DNA of 64,000 nucleotides, taken from the IMG/VR virus record IMGVR_UViG_3300042884_001034, positions 1 to 64,000 of that record, one strand, 5' to 3'. How positions within the stretch are numbered: position 1 is the first letter of the stretch; every line of letters starts with the position of its first letter. The position numbers and the translations under genes are program-made. The DNA comes from an uncultured virus (IMG/VR IMGVR_UViG_3300042884_001034). Taxonomy: Duplodnaviria > Heunggongvirae > Uroviricota > Caudoviricetes. Positions 45,568 to 56,500 of the stretch are shown here, in pieces. The notes below the pieces were generated by a model. That model did no database searches. It saw only the letters and a list, made by a program, of their open reading frames with translations, and was not told the origin of the DNA.

Positions 45568-47985
45568 TTATTTGTTAAGATTATTAATAATTAATTTAAG
45601 CTCATTTATTTCTTTTTGTTGCTCTTTTATCGCTTCTATAAATAGCCCAGCAAAATTACCATAGGTTACACTATAACTATCATTCATATCGTCATAGTTT
45701 ACTAGCTCTGGCATTATCTCTTTAACTTCTTGAGCAATTACACCTGTTTGTGTTTTTTTCTTCGGATCATCAATTCTGTTAAAATAAACTCCTCTTAATT
45801 TAGTTACTTTTTCCAATGAACTATCTATTGTAACTATATTTTCTTTTTTTCTAACATCTGACGCCCAATCCACTACACCCGTTGCATATATATTTCCTTC
45901 AACATATAATCTATAAGAAGCTGATACAGTACCACTTGGGCCTATAGCAAAAGATCCATAGGTTCTATTATGAAGCCAAACCCAACCACTACCGTTTTGT
46001 TGATATAAACCCCCATTACCATTTTCAAACATAAAATTATTCCAATATCCACTAGGATCTATAATATTTAATCCACCATATCCGCCTTTATTATAGCCAA
46101 ACATTTCCCATGTACCAAAACTAGCTGATGTACTACGTCTAAAATGACAAGCATAATCTTGATTATATAACCCAGTATCTCCATAAGACCTAAACCAGTT
46201 AGTTGAATATACAGCACCGAATGTAGGATTAGTTTTATCAAATCCTGATAAGTTAGTTGCGGTTGTTGCAGTACCAGCGTTACCTGTAACGTTAATACTC
46301 CAAGTTCCACTAGCTCCTCCACCTGTTAATGTTGGTGAGTATAATGTGTAGTTTCCGTCATGTAAAATAGCTCTCCAAGGATTAAAAGTTCCAGCATCAC
46401 CATTTCTAGTTCTAAATGCAATAGAATTTCCTCCTCCACTATAAGTAGCATTTAACCACATATCATAACTTCCACCAGCACTAAATCTAACAATAGGACC
46501 TGTAAATGGTGCATTAGCTGAATATGTAAAACCTGTAGCATTAACATCCATTGTATTAGCGTCAAGAGTAAAACCTTGATAATACATTATGTGAGAAGGT
46601 TTGCTTGACACGTTACCCCAAGCTACACCGCCTGCAGTTCCAGTAACATTTATTCCCCAGGTTCCATCAGCAACTCCTCGAATAGTATTTTTAACATGAG
46701 CTACCGAGGCTTTACGTGACCATCCATCACCATTAGAAACAAAAAAACTATTAATAGTAGGATTCTCACTTTCAGATATATTAAAGTTAATATAATTAGC
46801 ATAAATATATCCACTAGCATCACGTTGTACAATATGATTTACATTAACACCTGTAGTAATATTTGCTGCAGAGATATTACCAGATAATGTTCCACCAGTT
46901 AATGGTAAAGCATAGGAACTATAGTTACCTGCATCTAAAATAATATTACCTAAAGATGTAGGTCTACTCCTAACAAAATTTACAATACCAGTTTCACCAA
47001 TACTAATAGCAGTTTTTGCTCCTGTAGCAAAAGAATCTGTTGTTGCAATATACATCTTTGTACCATAATTTCCACTTGATTGTACATAAATACCTGCTTG
47101 TGCTGTATTTCCAGACCAAGCCCAAGTAATTCCAGAAGCGTTGTCTGAGATACTACTTCCAGCAAAGCTTATACCATAGGTTCCAGTACCAGGTGTGGTA
47201 GTATTAATTGTTGTAGAAAAACTTGAAACAATACCTGTTGTTGTAGAAGTAGAAACTGATGCTGCTGTACCACCAATACTTAAACTTGATGCTGTTCCTG
47301 TTAAACCTGTTCCAGCACCACTAAATGATGTAGCTGTTACTGTACCTGTTACATCTAGTTTAGTCGAAGGTGAAGTAGTACCTATACCTACGTTACCTGA
47401 TGAGGTGATGCGCATACGTTCGGTATCACTAGTTCCAAAAGCTAATGCGGATGCTGCTGCATTCCATATATAAGCATTATCTCTTAAATTGACATTTGCA
47501 ACACTATTACCTCCAACACCAACATACATATTAGCTGTTGAGTTAGCATTTGTAATATTTACAGTTGAATAAGATGTTGTGCCGTCATTATTTATTCTAA
47601 CCTTATCAACACCAGTACTACTTGTAGTTCCAATTAATAACCTTCCACTTGCATCTAAGGTCATTACTTGTGTAAAGCTGATAGCGTTACCTGCTGTGCC
47701 TGAAGGGGCGGTGAACCATTGATGTTCCTGATTAGCTATTCTGTATTGAGCAGATGCAGAACTTTGTAAATATTTCCAGCCACCACTATCATAATAAGCA
47801 TTGTTTGATAATATCGCAAATTTACCACTTGTATTTCCTGTTGAAAAACTTGATAATGAAGCCCCATTATCTGCTAATTGAATAGCTTTGACTAATGTTC
47901 CATCCCACGCACTCGGAGTAACTCCTATACCTACATTACCACTTGGAACTAAAAGACCTTTCCTTGCTACAAACTCTTGTGCCAT
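45568..47985 (-). CDS. Tail fibre with C-terminal intramolecular chaperone (peptidase S74-like)
   Basis: GNVGIGT repeats, ERMRITSSG, SDVRKKENI, GVIAQEV, Y......IEAIKEQQ. Confidence 0.85.
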   Translation of the reverse strand: MAQEFVARKGLLVPSGNVGIGVTPSAWDGTLVKAIQLADNGASLSSFSTGNTSGKFAILSNNAYYDSGGWKYLQSSASAQYRIANQEHQWFTAPSGTAGNAISFTQVMTLDASGRLLIGTTSSTGVDKVRINNDGTTSYSTVNITNANSTANMYVGVGGNSVANVNLRDNAYIWNAAASALAFGTSDTERMRITSSGNVGIGTTSPSTKLDVTGTVTATSFSGAGTGLTGTASSLSIGGTAASVSTSTTTGIVSSFSTTINTTTPGTGTYGISFAGSSISDNASGITWAWSGNTAQAGIYVQSSGNYGTKMYIATTDSFATGAKTAISIGETGIVNFVRSRPTSLGNIILDAGNYSSYALPLTGGTLSGNISAANITTGVNVNHIVQRDASGYIYANYINFNISESENPTINSFFVSNGDGWSRKASVAHVKNTIRGVADGTWGINVTGTAGGVAWGNVSSKPSHIMYYQGFTLDANTMDVNATGFTYSANAPFTGPIVRFSAGGSYDMWLNATYSGGGNSIAFRTRNGDAGTFNPWRAILHDGNYTLYSPTLTGGGASGTWSINVTGNAGTATTATNLSGFDKTNPTFGAVYSTNWFRSYGDTGLYNQDYACHFRRSTSASFGTWEMFGYNKGGYGGLNIIDPSGYWNNFMFENGNGGLYQQNGSGWVWLHNRTYGSFAIGPSGTVSASYRLYVEGNIYATGVVDWASDVRKKENIVTIDSSLEKVTKLRGVYFNRIDDPKKKTQTGVIAQEVKEIMPELVNYDDMNDSYSVTYGNFAGLFIEAIKEQQKEINELKLIINNLNK

Positions 47986-48107
47986 TTTTTATCCTATTTT
48001 CACTATCCAATAGGTAAAGTTTTTAAATTGTTATATGAATGTTTTGCCACTCTGGTGTATCTAATTCTGTAACATCAAATATCATAAACTGTCTACTCTC
48101 ATATTAT

Positions 48108-48821
48108 TTACAGTCCAAATCTTCCTTTTAATGCATTATAATTTTGTGTTACTTCGGCTAATGTAAGCCCTTTTCCTTTATAAAATTTAAACAAAGAAAT
48201 TATACCAGATAAAGATCTAGTTGTACCAATTGTTTGACCTCCAATTATAGGTACTCCTCCTGCTGCATAATACAATGATGCTGCACTAGTAGTAATCAGA
48301 CTTTGAACTGTGTTTAAATATAGATAAAAATTTGTCCCTATTCTTGAAATAACAACATGATTGAATCGTCCTGCTGTTAAAGTACCTATTGTAGCATCAT
48401 TTAAAACACCCCAACTACCATTTGCAGAAGCCATAGAAAATGATAATTGATCTTGGTTTGTCCCTTTTACAGCTAAACTAAATGCACTAAAAGTATCACC
48501 ATTACTTAATTGAAAATATCTACCATAAGCTTGACTAGTGCCAGTCCTTCTAAACCAGAATTCAATAGTAAAATCAGCAGCACCAACATTCCAAAGTGTT
48601 GAAGCTTGCAAAGTGACTCCATCATTAGTACCATCAAATACAATACCACCAGCATTAGCTGAAGTGTACGCAGGACCATTAACTAGTGTAGCATTTGTTT
48701 TATAAGGACTTAAATCATTCCATACTGTTCCTGTTCCTGAATAAGAATTAATATTAGCTGCATCCAAATACATAACTAATCCATCTGTTATAATATTATT
48801 TGCTCCTATTAAACTGCTCAT
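48108..48821 (-). CDS. LamG/ConA-like lectin-domain virion protein
   Basis: I.TDGLV.YLDAAN..SY.GTG..W.DLS, FDGTND, EV.QNYNALK.RFGL; paralog of 48818..49522. Confidence 0.8.
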   Translation of the reverse strand: MSSLIGANNIITDGLVMYLDAANINSYSGTGTVWNDLSPYKTNATLVNGPAYTSANAGGIVFDGTNDGVTLQASTLWNVGAADFTIEFWFRRTGTSQAYGRYFQLSNGDTFSAFSLAVKGTNQDQLSFSMASANGSWGVLNDATIGTLTAGRFNHVVISRIGTNFYLYLNTVQSLITTSAASLYYAAGGVPIIGGQTIGTTRSLSGIISLFKFYKGKGLTLAEVTQNYNALKGRFGL

Positions 48822-49522
48822 AATCCAAACCTACTTTTTAAAGCATTATAATTTTGTAGTACTTCTGATGCTGATAAAGCACGATTGTATAATTTTGCTA
48901 TTGCTATTCTACCAGCATAAGCATTAGAAGCATTTGTAGCAGCACCTATTGTTGTCTCAGTTGTTGGTGCTACAAAAGATTGATTTGCTGTACTAACAGC
49001 CACTCCATTTAAGTATAAAGTGTTAATATTACCTGGTGCATTAGTGAAAACAGCGTGATACCATGTATTTATAGCTACTGTTGTTGATACGACATTACAA
49101 GCCACACCACCAAAAAGTATTCCTAATAATGTTGTAGGTGTACTACACACTCCTGTATAAAATCCATATCCATTTGCACCACTATTTCCATTATAAAATA
49201 ATCTATAGTTTAATCCTGTACCTGTTTTATAAAACCAAATTTCCATAGTTATATTGGAAGTTTGTGTTAATAAAGCCGCTCCACTTTTTAATAACACAAA
49301 ATCGTTTGTTCCATCAAACACAATACTGCCCCCATTAGAAGGATTAAATGTTGGTCCATTTGTTAATGTGCCGTTACTATTGTAACCACTTAAATCAGTC
49401 CATGTTGTACCTGTACCAGGATAACTTTTAGTATTAGCTGCATCTAAATATAAAACAAGCCCATCTGTTACAATAGGTTTAACTCCATAAACTGTTTGTC
49501 CTTTAATTGTTATCCTACTCAT
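48818..49522 (-). CDS. LamG/ConA-like lectin-domain virion protein
   Basis: Same termini as 48108..48821, YNRALS.SEV. Confidence 0.8.
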   Translation of the reverse strand: MSRITIKGQTVYGVKPIVTDGLVLYLDAANTKSYPGTGTTWTDLSGYNSNGTLTNGPTFNPSNGGSIVFDGTNDFVLLKSGAALLTQTSNITMEIWFYKTGTGLNYRLFYNGNSGANGYGFYTGVCSTPTTLLGILFGGVACNVVSTTVAINTWYHAVFTNAPGNINTLYLNGVAVSTANQSFVAPTTETTIGAATNASNAYAGRIAIAKLYNRALSASEVLQNYNALKSRFGL

Positions 49523-52500
49523 ATCACTCTTGCTCCTATTTTAATATTCCATGTACCAGAAGTAATTGTTGCTATTAATTGAACACTTGTTCCACTTATA
49601 CTTACAGACCATGAAAGGCCTGCTGTTGTTGCTGTAAGGTCTGCAGTGGAAGTGTCTGTAAATTCAACCACATTAGCTGTTGGATTCCAAACTGCCATCA
49701 CTGTTCCTGCTCTCCATCCATTATTAACTGTATTTGTAACTCTGTAATCAAAATATGCGGCTGTTCCAGTTGATTCATCTATTGAATAAGCTGTTGTAGG
49801 TGAAGCTGTTATACCTGTTAATGTAGCTGAATACATATACATTGCTCCATTAGCATTTACAGCCATTAAAGGAAGTCCTGAAACATCATTCACTTGTAAT
49901 AAATTACCAGTGGTTATATCTGAAACAGTAAATAATTGACCTGTAGACCCTTGAACTGTTAAAACTGTTGCTCCAACTGTTGAAGTGTAGAAATTAGAAG
50001 TACCATTAACATCTAATCTATATCCAGCATCTGTTGCAGTAGCAGTACTATTTTGTAAAACTAAGTTACCTGTTCCAAACAATGTCATGTGTTCGTTAGT
50101 GCTTCCCCACCCAGTATTAGTAGGCGCAACTTTAAAAATTAAAGGTCTACTTGTTACAGCACTATTGTCTACAGCTATTACATGTTTATTAGTAGCCCCC
50201 GTTCCTGCTAAATTATTACCGCCAATAATTAATAAATTACTATTGTTAGAACTTGTTTGTGATGTACTAAATTGGAAATTATATCCATATCCAGATGGGT
50301 TGCCGTTAGGAGAAAAACTTGCTGCAATACCATTACCTGATGTCGCTGCACCCACTTGAAAGTAATTTAAGCCAAAAGCATTGGCTGTGGTTAAATTAAC
50401 AAATGATCCTAAATTTAATGTACTAGACACTCTAACAGCACCATTTACATCTAATTTATAAGAAACTGATGGAATGGTTGTATTTATACCTACTGTTGAG
50501 CCATTATCATATATAAGACTATCACCTAAAGTTGTTGAACCTGTAAATTTTGGTACAAAATTAGTTGTACCTGTACCTGTGATAGGATTTGTAAGAACAG
50601 CTTGATATTGAGGAATATTTAATGTACTTCCAATTAATGTAGCAGCTCCACTTGTTCCTGTTGTAGTGAGAGTAATGGTGTTTTGCTTACTATTAAAAGT
50701 TGTCCAGTCAGCTGAAGATAAGGCACCTCTGTTTATTGCACTTGCTGTCGGTAGGTTAAAAGTGTGAGAAGAACCAACGGAGCTTATACCAAAATCAGCT
50801 CCACTTGTACCTACACCTAAAGTTTGTGCTGCTGTCGTCAATCCATTTATTGAGGAAATACCGTTTGCAAATGTTGTTGTTACGCTTGATATATTTCCAT
50901 TCTCCGTGTATAAAGTTACTGTTTTACCATTAGGATTAACTATTTGAATCTCAATTACAATTCTATCTGTAAGAGCTAATGTAACTCCGCTTGGTATACT
51001 AACTCCTAATGTATATAGGTCTTTAGTAGCACCATTAGTTAATTCTTCAATGGTACCACTACTAATTAGAGTGAGTGAGGCTCCATCCCATTTCTTAACA
51101 ACAGCTTGAATGGTTGCGGGACTTGCACCAATACCAGCTACAGAGAAATAACATTCAAATACCCAAATACCTCCAGGAACACTTAATTGATTAGGGTCTC
51201 CTATGTCAGTAATAAACGAAGCAATTGTTCCTATTGTACTGCTTGTAAAATTAGCAGATGTTCCACTGGCAGATAATTTACTTAACTGATACATTGTTGT
51301 ACCTGCTATACTACCTTGGGATGTGTTTCCATTTAAATAATATACACTACCTCCACCACCACCACCCACTGTTGGGAATACACCTAGTGTCCCATCACCA
51401 CGTACATATTGACTTGATAATCCTGCGCCTGTTACAACAATACTTCCTGAGGAAGTTATTGGAGATAAAGACACTGTAAATGCTGAAGGCATTGTAAGCC
51501 CAACTGATGTAACTGTACCTACACTCCAGCTTCTATCTGCTGATAAGTCATAAGTAGTTCCATTAATTGTCAATGTTCTTGATGTAGGAACATAAGTAGA
51601 TAGATCACTTGTTAATGCCAAAGTTCCTGTTGCTGAAGGGAATGTATATGAATATGGTAATGCAGTATTAAATAGTAGATTATGTGCTACTCCAAATCCC
51701 CCACCTGTTACATTAATAATTAAACCATTTGTTTGAGAACCTATTCCTGTATATCCATTAGCTATGGGGAAAGTTCCATTCTTAATATTTATACCTAAAT
51801 CAAAATTCTTTACTCCTGTTATTGTTTGAGTATTTGCCAAAGTAACATACCCACTTAAATCTGGTGTATAATTTGGTATGTTAAATATACCTGTTAATGG
51901 ATCATAAGTGGAAGCACCACTTGTACCAGTAGTAGTAAGACTAATAGCAGTTCTTGCTCTTGAATTTGTAAAATATAATTGAGAAGGTCTACCTGGAAGA
52001 CTACCAGCTCCCTCAAATACATCTCCTGTTACAAGACTAACTGGTCCTGTATATCCATTTACAGAACTCACTGCATCTGTATTATCCACTTTATCCCACG
52101 CAGTACCGTTGAATATAGCCCAATCCCCCACCTTCCAGTCTGTAATACCATCAAGATTTGTACTACCTGCTGCATTTACAACATAATAATATCCTTTTGT
52201 TCCTACACCTGAAGTTAATGTAGGGGTATTAGTATTTGCGTTCCAAATTCCTTGGTAACTAACACTACCTAATAAAGCACTTATTTGATTCTGCACTTTA
52301 CCAAAAGCTTGTAAAATAGTATCAGTGGAGACTATTGTTCCTCCACCTGTTAAATTAAGGCCTGTTAACACTTTACCTATAACAGCAGAATTAACTAAAG
52401 ATGGATTTGGATATGTTCCACTAAGCTCACCACCTGCTGCAATTCCTGAAATTGTGGAAAGTTTATTATTAAAAGTGTTCCAATCTGAAAAAGATAAATA

Positions 52501-53433
52501 TCCATCTGTAGCAATATCAGCCTTTGAAATAGACACTGTAACAGTGCCTAATAAATTAGATGCAGATATAGGTGCTGTTCCCACTACACTAGAAACACCT
52601 GCTACAATAGACCAGCTTCTATTGGCTGAAAGATCGTATGTAACACCATTAATAGTGAGTGTTCTACTTTCTGGAACAGGAACAAATCCTAATGCAGAAG
52701 TGATGTCCCCATAAACCACTGGAGTGGCTGATGTGACTAATCCTTTACCATTTACAGCGAATTTTAAGAAAGTATTGCTCCCATAAACATTAGTGTTTAC
52801 AGTTTTTAATGTAAGTGTTACAGGGGATCCTGTAGATCCAGATCCTGTTACATCTCCCACAAAGCTTAATGAGGCTGATGGAAGTGCTATTAATTGAGGA
52901 GTGATATTAGTTACAAGTCCTTTTGCATTTACGGTGATTACAGGTACTGATATATCAGACCCATAAATACCAGGATTGGTGTTCACGGTAGATAGCGTAA
53001 ATTGACTATTACCTGGGCCAGAAGCCACTCCATCACCATAAAGATCAGTAATATAGTCTCCAGCTGGTTGGTAAGTGGTGCTATCTAAAGATCCATCTCC
53101 TTTTACAAAATCAGAAGATGTTCCCCCAGTTGTAATAAATTTAGATGCTTCTAAAAATCCTGTAAAAGATAATGTATAATTACCACCAATAGTGGTGTCT
53201 TGTAATAAAGATCCGCCTAATTGTACTATATTTCCTGGGGAAAGTTGATAAATACCGTTATTAAAAGCATAGCCTGCTGTAATATCACCAAACTTAGCAT
53301 CTATTTTTTGTAGAGCATCCTCTAACGTGTCATTTGTATTTATAGAAGTGTATATTAAATTAGCACCTTCGTAAAAAACGCAGGTGCTAGATAGTATCAC
53401 TGGACACACTTCAGCAGAACAAGTAACGTTCAT
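49519..53433 (-). CDS. Long tail fibre protein (likely start MNVTCS at 53433)
   Basis: G/T/S-rich; internal repeats VP.SRTLTING.TYDLSA.RSW, LTTTGTSGA, G.LS..DW.TFN.K; the promoter box at 53464-53471 excludes the track start. Confidence 0.8.
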   Translation of the reverse strand: MNVTCSAEVCPVILSSTCVFYEGANLIYTSINTNDTLEDALQKIDAKFGDITAGYAFNNGIYQLSPGNIVQLGGSLLQDTTIGGNYTLSFTGFLEASKFITTGGTSSDFVKGDGSLDSTTYQPAGDYITDLYGDGVASGPGNSQFTLSTVNTNPGIYGSDISVPVITVNAKGLVTNITPQLIALPSASLSFVGDVTGSGSTGSPVTLTLKTVNTNVYGSNTFLKFAVNGKGLVTSATPVVYGDITSALGFVPVPESRTLTINGVTYDLSANRSWSIVAGVSSVVGTAPISASNLLGTVTVSISKADIATDGYLSFSDWNTFNNKLSTISGIAAGGELSGTYPNPSLVNSAVIGKVLTGLNLTGGGTIVSTDTILQAFGKVQNQISALLGSVSYQGIWNANTNTPTLTSGVGTKGYYYVVNAAGSTNLDGITDWKVGDWAIFNGTAWDKVDNTDAVSSVNGYTGPVSLVTGDVFEGAGSLPGRPSQLYFTNSRARTAISLTTTGTSGASTYDPLTGIFNIPNYTPDLSGYVTLANTQTITGVKNFDLGINIKNGTFPIANGYTGIGSQTNGLIINVTGGGFGVAHNLLFNTALPYSYTFPSATGTLALTSDLSTYVPTSRTLTINGTTYDLSADRSWSVGTVTSVGLTMPSAFTVSLSPITSSGSIVVTGAGLSSQYVRGDGTLGVFPTVGGGGGGSVYYLNGNTSQGSIAGTTMYQLSKLSASGTSANFTSSTIGTIASFITDIGDPNQLSVPGGIWVFECYFSVAGIGASPATIQAVVKKWDGASLTLISSGTIEELTNGATKDLYTLGVSIPSGVTLALTDRIVIEIQIVNPNGKTVTLYTENGNISSVTTTFANGISSINGLTTAAQTLGVGTSGADFGISSVGSSHTFNLPTASAINRGALSSADWTTFNSKQNTITLTTTGTSGAATLIGSTLNIPQYQAVLTNPITGTGTTNFVPKFTGSTTLGDSLIYDNGSTVGINTTIPSVSYKLDVNGAVRVSSTLNLGSFVNLTTANAFGLNYFQVGAATSGNGIAASFSPNGNPSGYGYNFQFSTSQTSSNNSNLLIIGGNNLAGTGATNKHVIAVDNSAVTSRPLIFKVAPTNTGWGSTNEHMTLFGTGNLVLQNSTATATDAGYRLDVNGTSNFYTSTVGATVLTVQGSTGQLFTVSDITTGNLLQVNDVSGLPLMAVNANGAMYMYSATLTGITASPTTAYSIDESTGTAAYFDYRVTNTVNNGWRAGTVMAVWNPTANVVEFTDTSTADLTATTAGLSWSVSISGTSVQLIATITSGTWNIKIGARVI

Positions 53434-53463
53434 AATTAAATATATTAAGGCGAGATTAAGATG

Positions 53464-53471
53464 CAAAGATA
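53464..53471 (-). promoter_or_regulatory. -7 promoter box TATCTTTG
   Basis: caaagata on the + strand, 30 nt upstream of the fibre start. Confidence 0.6.
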
Positions 53472-53536
53472 CCTTTTTCTCTTTATTATCAATACATTAC
53501 ATAAAATATTCAGATATAATATAGCAATACAACTCC

Positions 53537-56500
53537 TTATTTCATACTACTTTCTTTTTGTATAGTTATATCAAATTCTTTGGCAAACTCATTATTTAAA
53601 ATTGCTCCATATGTTAAAGCAGACTTTGCTACAGGTAAAGCTTTTGCAGCATATTTAATAGGCATAGCTTTTTTCCTCACCTCTTCAGCAGATAATGTAG
53701 GATCTGTAATATCAAATCCTGTCACTTCTCTAACAAAGTGACTAGTAAACCTAGTATAATCTGTTATAAGTCCTATAGCTGGGAACATACTTCCACTCAA
53801 AAGACTTTCAAAATTGACAGGATTATAGAAGAAAGAAAGCTCTCCAACAAATTTATCTACCACTCTTTGTGAATACCTAAAGAAATTTTTGGTTGCTTTA
53901 TCTTCTTCATCATCAGGAGCCATAAATCCTAGAGAAATCATCACACCTAATAAAGCCCCAAGAATAGCTAATTCTTTAATCTCGTTTCTTAGATTGGTTC
54001 TAATCATATCAGCAAAATCTTCTTTAGTCATGTTAAGAGTTTCACCTGTTCTTTTTTCGTATTTTTCAGCAAAATCCTCATACATTTTATCTATCAAAGC
54101 AATTCCCTTGTCATTCATTTGAATTAAATTCGTAATATTTGCTGATTTATCACGAATAGATGTTCCTAAAACATAAGCCAAAAGTCTAATTCTTCCTATA
54201 TCATATTTCTCCCCTTTAACACCATCTTCATCCACTGTTACAGAAAAATCATCGCTCACTTTTCTAAATTCTGAGAAACGTGTATCAGCAAGTTTTGGTA
54301 TCCAGCTTTTAAATAGCATCATACTATTTGTCCAAACAGACATTGACATTCTGTTAATATCTCCGTCAGACATACCTCCTGTTGCATTTCTAGAAATTCT
54401 TCTAGTTAGTTCTGTCAATCTTTGTAACTCCCTTTGATTTGAAAGATCTAATCCAGGAATTTCTAATTTACCGTTTACAAGTTTTTTAGTTACAGCTATA
54501 GACTTTGTTTTCTTAAGTTCTTCCACCTCTGCTTTTATAGCTTCTTTAGACTGTTTATATTCTGAAGAGGATTTATATCTATTTTTGTATTTGTTTTTTA
54601 CAAAATCATTAATATTAACAATTCTACCATTATCCACCATCATGTTTTCCAAAAGTGTGACAAAAATAGACTTTTCAATAAGTTGTTCTGGTTTTCTCAT
54701 AAAAACCATTAGCATATCCCCTAAATTTTTTCTAGTGAGAGCAGTCATCCCTGCTTCATATTTATATATATCTGTAGATGGATCATCTTTTAGAGGCATG
54801 AATGTATTAACTAATTGTACAAATATTTCTCTATCTTCTTCATTATCAAATCTTTGTACAGCTAATTTAGCTTGATTTTTAAGAAAGTCTCTTGCTTTAA
54901 AATAATCACCAGCTTGTGTAGCCACCTGTATATTACCTCCAAACATATTTACAGCTCCAGATATAAATTCAAACCCTAAAGCTTTTAATTGGAATGCTCT
55001 ATTTGCTGCGTCCATAGTTTTTACTAAAGATGTAGCAGAAGGCTCCTCATCTATTTTAAATACTTCTCTGCCTGTAATAGTGTTTACACCATTTTTTACA
55101 AAGTTTAACACTTTACCTACATTTAAAGGAGTGTCTGTATCAGAAAGAACATACTTTTGTCCGTATAACAACACTCTTAAAAAGTCATCATACATTTTAG
55201 TGTTTTCTTCATTTCCTGGTATTTCTATTATTTTACCACCTTGTTTAACAACATTTGCTGATCTATCTGTAGCTAAATGCCCTTTAAATTGCTCTACAGT
55301 TTTTACTAATTGTAATTGTCCTTCTACAGCAGAAAGATATTTATACTTTTCCATTTGTTGGATGTATAAAATCATATTCTTAAAAAGATCTTCGCTTACG
55401 TCAGAATAATCATTTACACCATCTTTTCTAGTAAAATCATATGTGTAATACTTAGGAACAGAATTTTCTAGTTCACCTGTAAGCTCATTAAAACTTCCAA
55501 ATCCTACATCATCTGTTTGCATTTTAAGACTCTCTGAAAAATTCTTTAAAGGAGAAATACTATGATCCCAAGCTAGTTCTTCAGCAGCTCCTTTCCTAAC
55601 AAACGGTAGGAATGTTTTCATCACTTTATTAGTGATATATCCAGCCTCTTTAGCTTCTTCATTTATACTACCTATGAAATTATAAAGTTCTAAAAGAATT
55701 GGATTTTTAAGAATGTTTTTGTATTCTTCTGAATACCATTTTGGGAGAGGATGTCTTTTAATGATATAGTTATTCCAACCATTAAAGTTTTTATTATCAA
55801 TATCCCACATCTCTTGAGCTTCTTTAATATTTTTAACTCTTATAGCCTCATTCTCATTTTTATCACTTGTATATATCTGTCTTTCTATTTTTTTAATTTG
55901 ATCTTCAAGACGTTTATTAGCTTCTTTTTTATACTCCTCTACATCAATATTGTCTAAAAGCCATTGTTTATCTCCACCTTCTTTAGCTTTTGCATCCACT
56001 TCTTCATGGAATTTTCTGCTATATCTATGAATAAGTTTATTAACAATACCTCCTTTATCATCCTTTTGATATATCTGTTGCACTATTGTTCTAAGATCTC
56101 CCCCCTGTTCTGCTAATTTCTTCCTAATATCCATTAGTTTTTGTACTCTTTCTAACGATGCTTTAGAAGCTTCTCCTTGGGCACCTCTCACCACTTTGTA
56201 TAACAATTGTAATGCTTTAGAAGGAAGTTCTGATATACCTCTAAAATTAGAAGAAAGTCCTTTAATAACAGCTTCGGGGGATAGAAGTCCAAATACAAGG
56301 TTTCTTTGCCCTACATGTTTATCTGCAAAATCCTGAGCAGCTTTCGTTAATTGTTCTTTTGATCTGTAAATAGCATTAGATTGGGCCATCAACTGATCAT
56401 GTATATCTTTTCTTCTTGCTACATCTTCTCTTTCTTCTTCTGTCTTAGCATTTTCCAACATATCCTTTGTATACACAAGGTGGCCTATGTCTCTTCCTAT

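Noticed and set aside
45568..53433. Diversity-generating retroelement or invertible shufflon acting on the fibres
   Set aside because: No reverse transcriptase or recombinase, and no near-identical template/variable repeat pair seen; the internal repeats are diverged protein-level repeats
53434..53466. ORF-track N-terminal extension MHLNLALIYLI of the long fibre
   Set aside because: Overlaps the predicted -7 box, so it would not be fully transcribed; ATG at 53433 preferred
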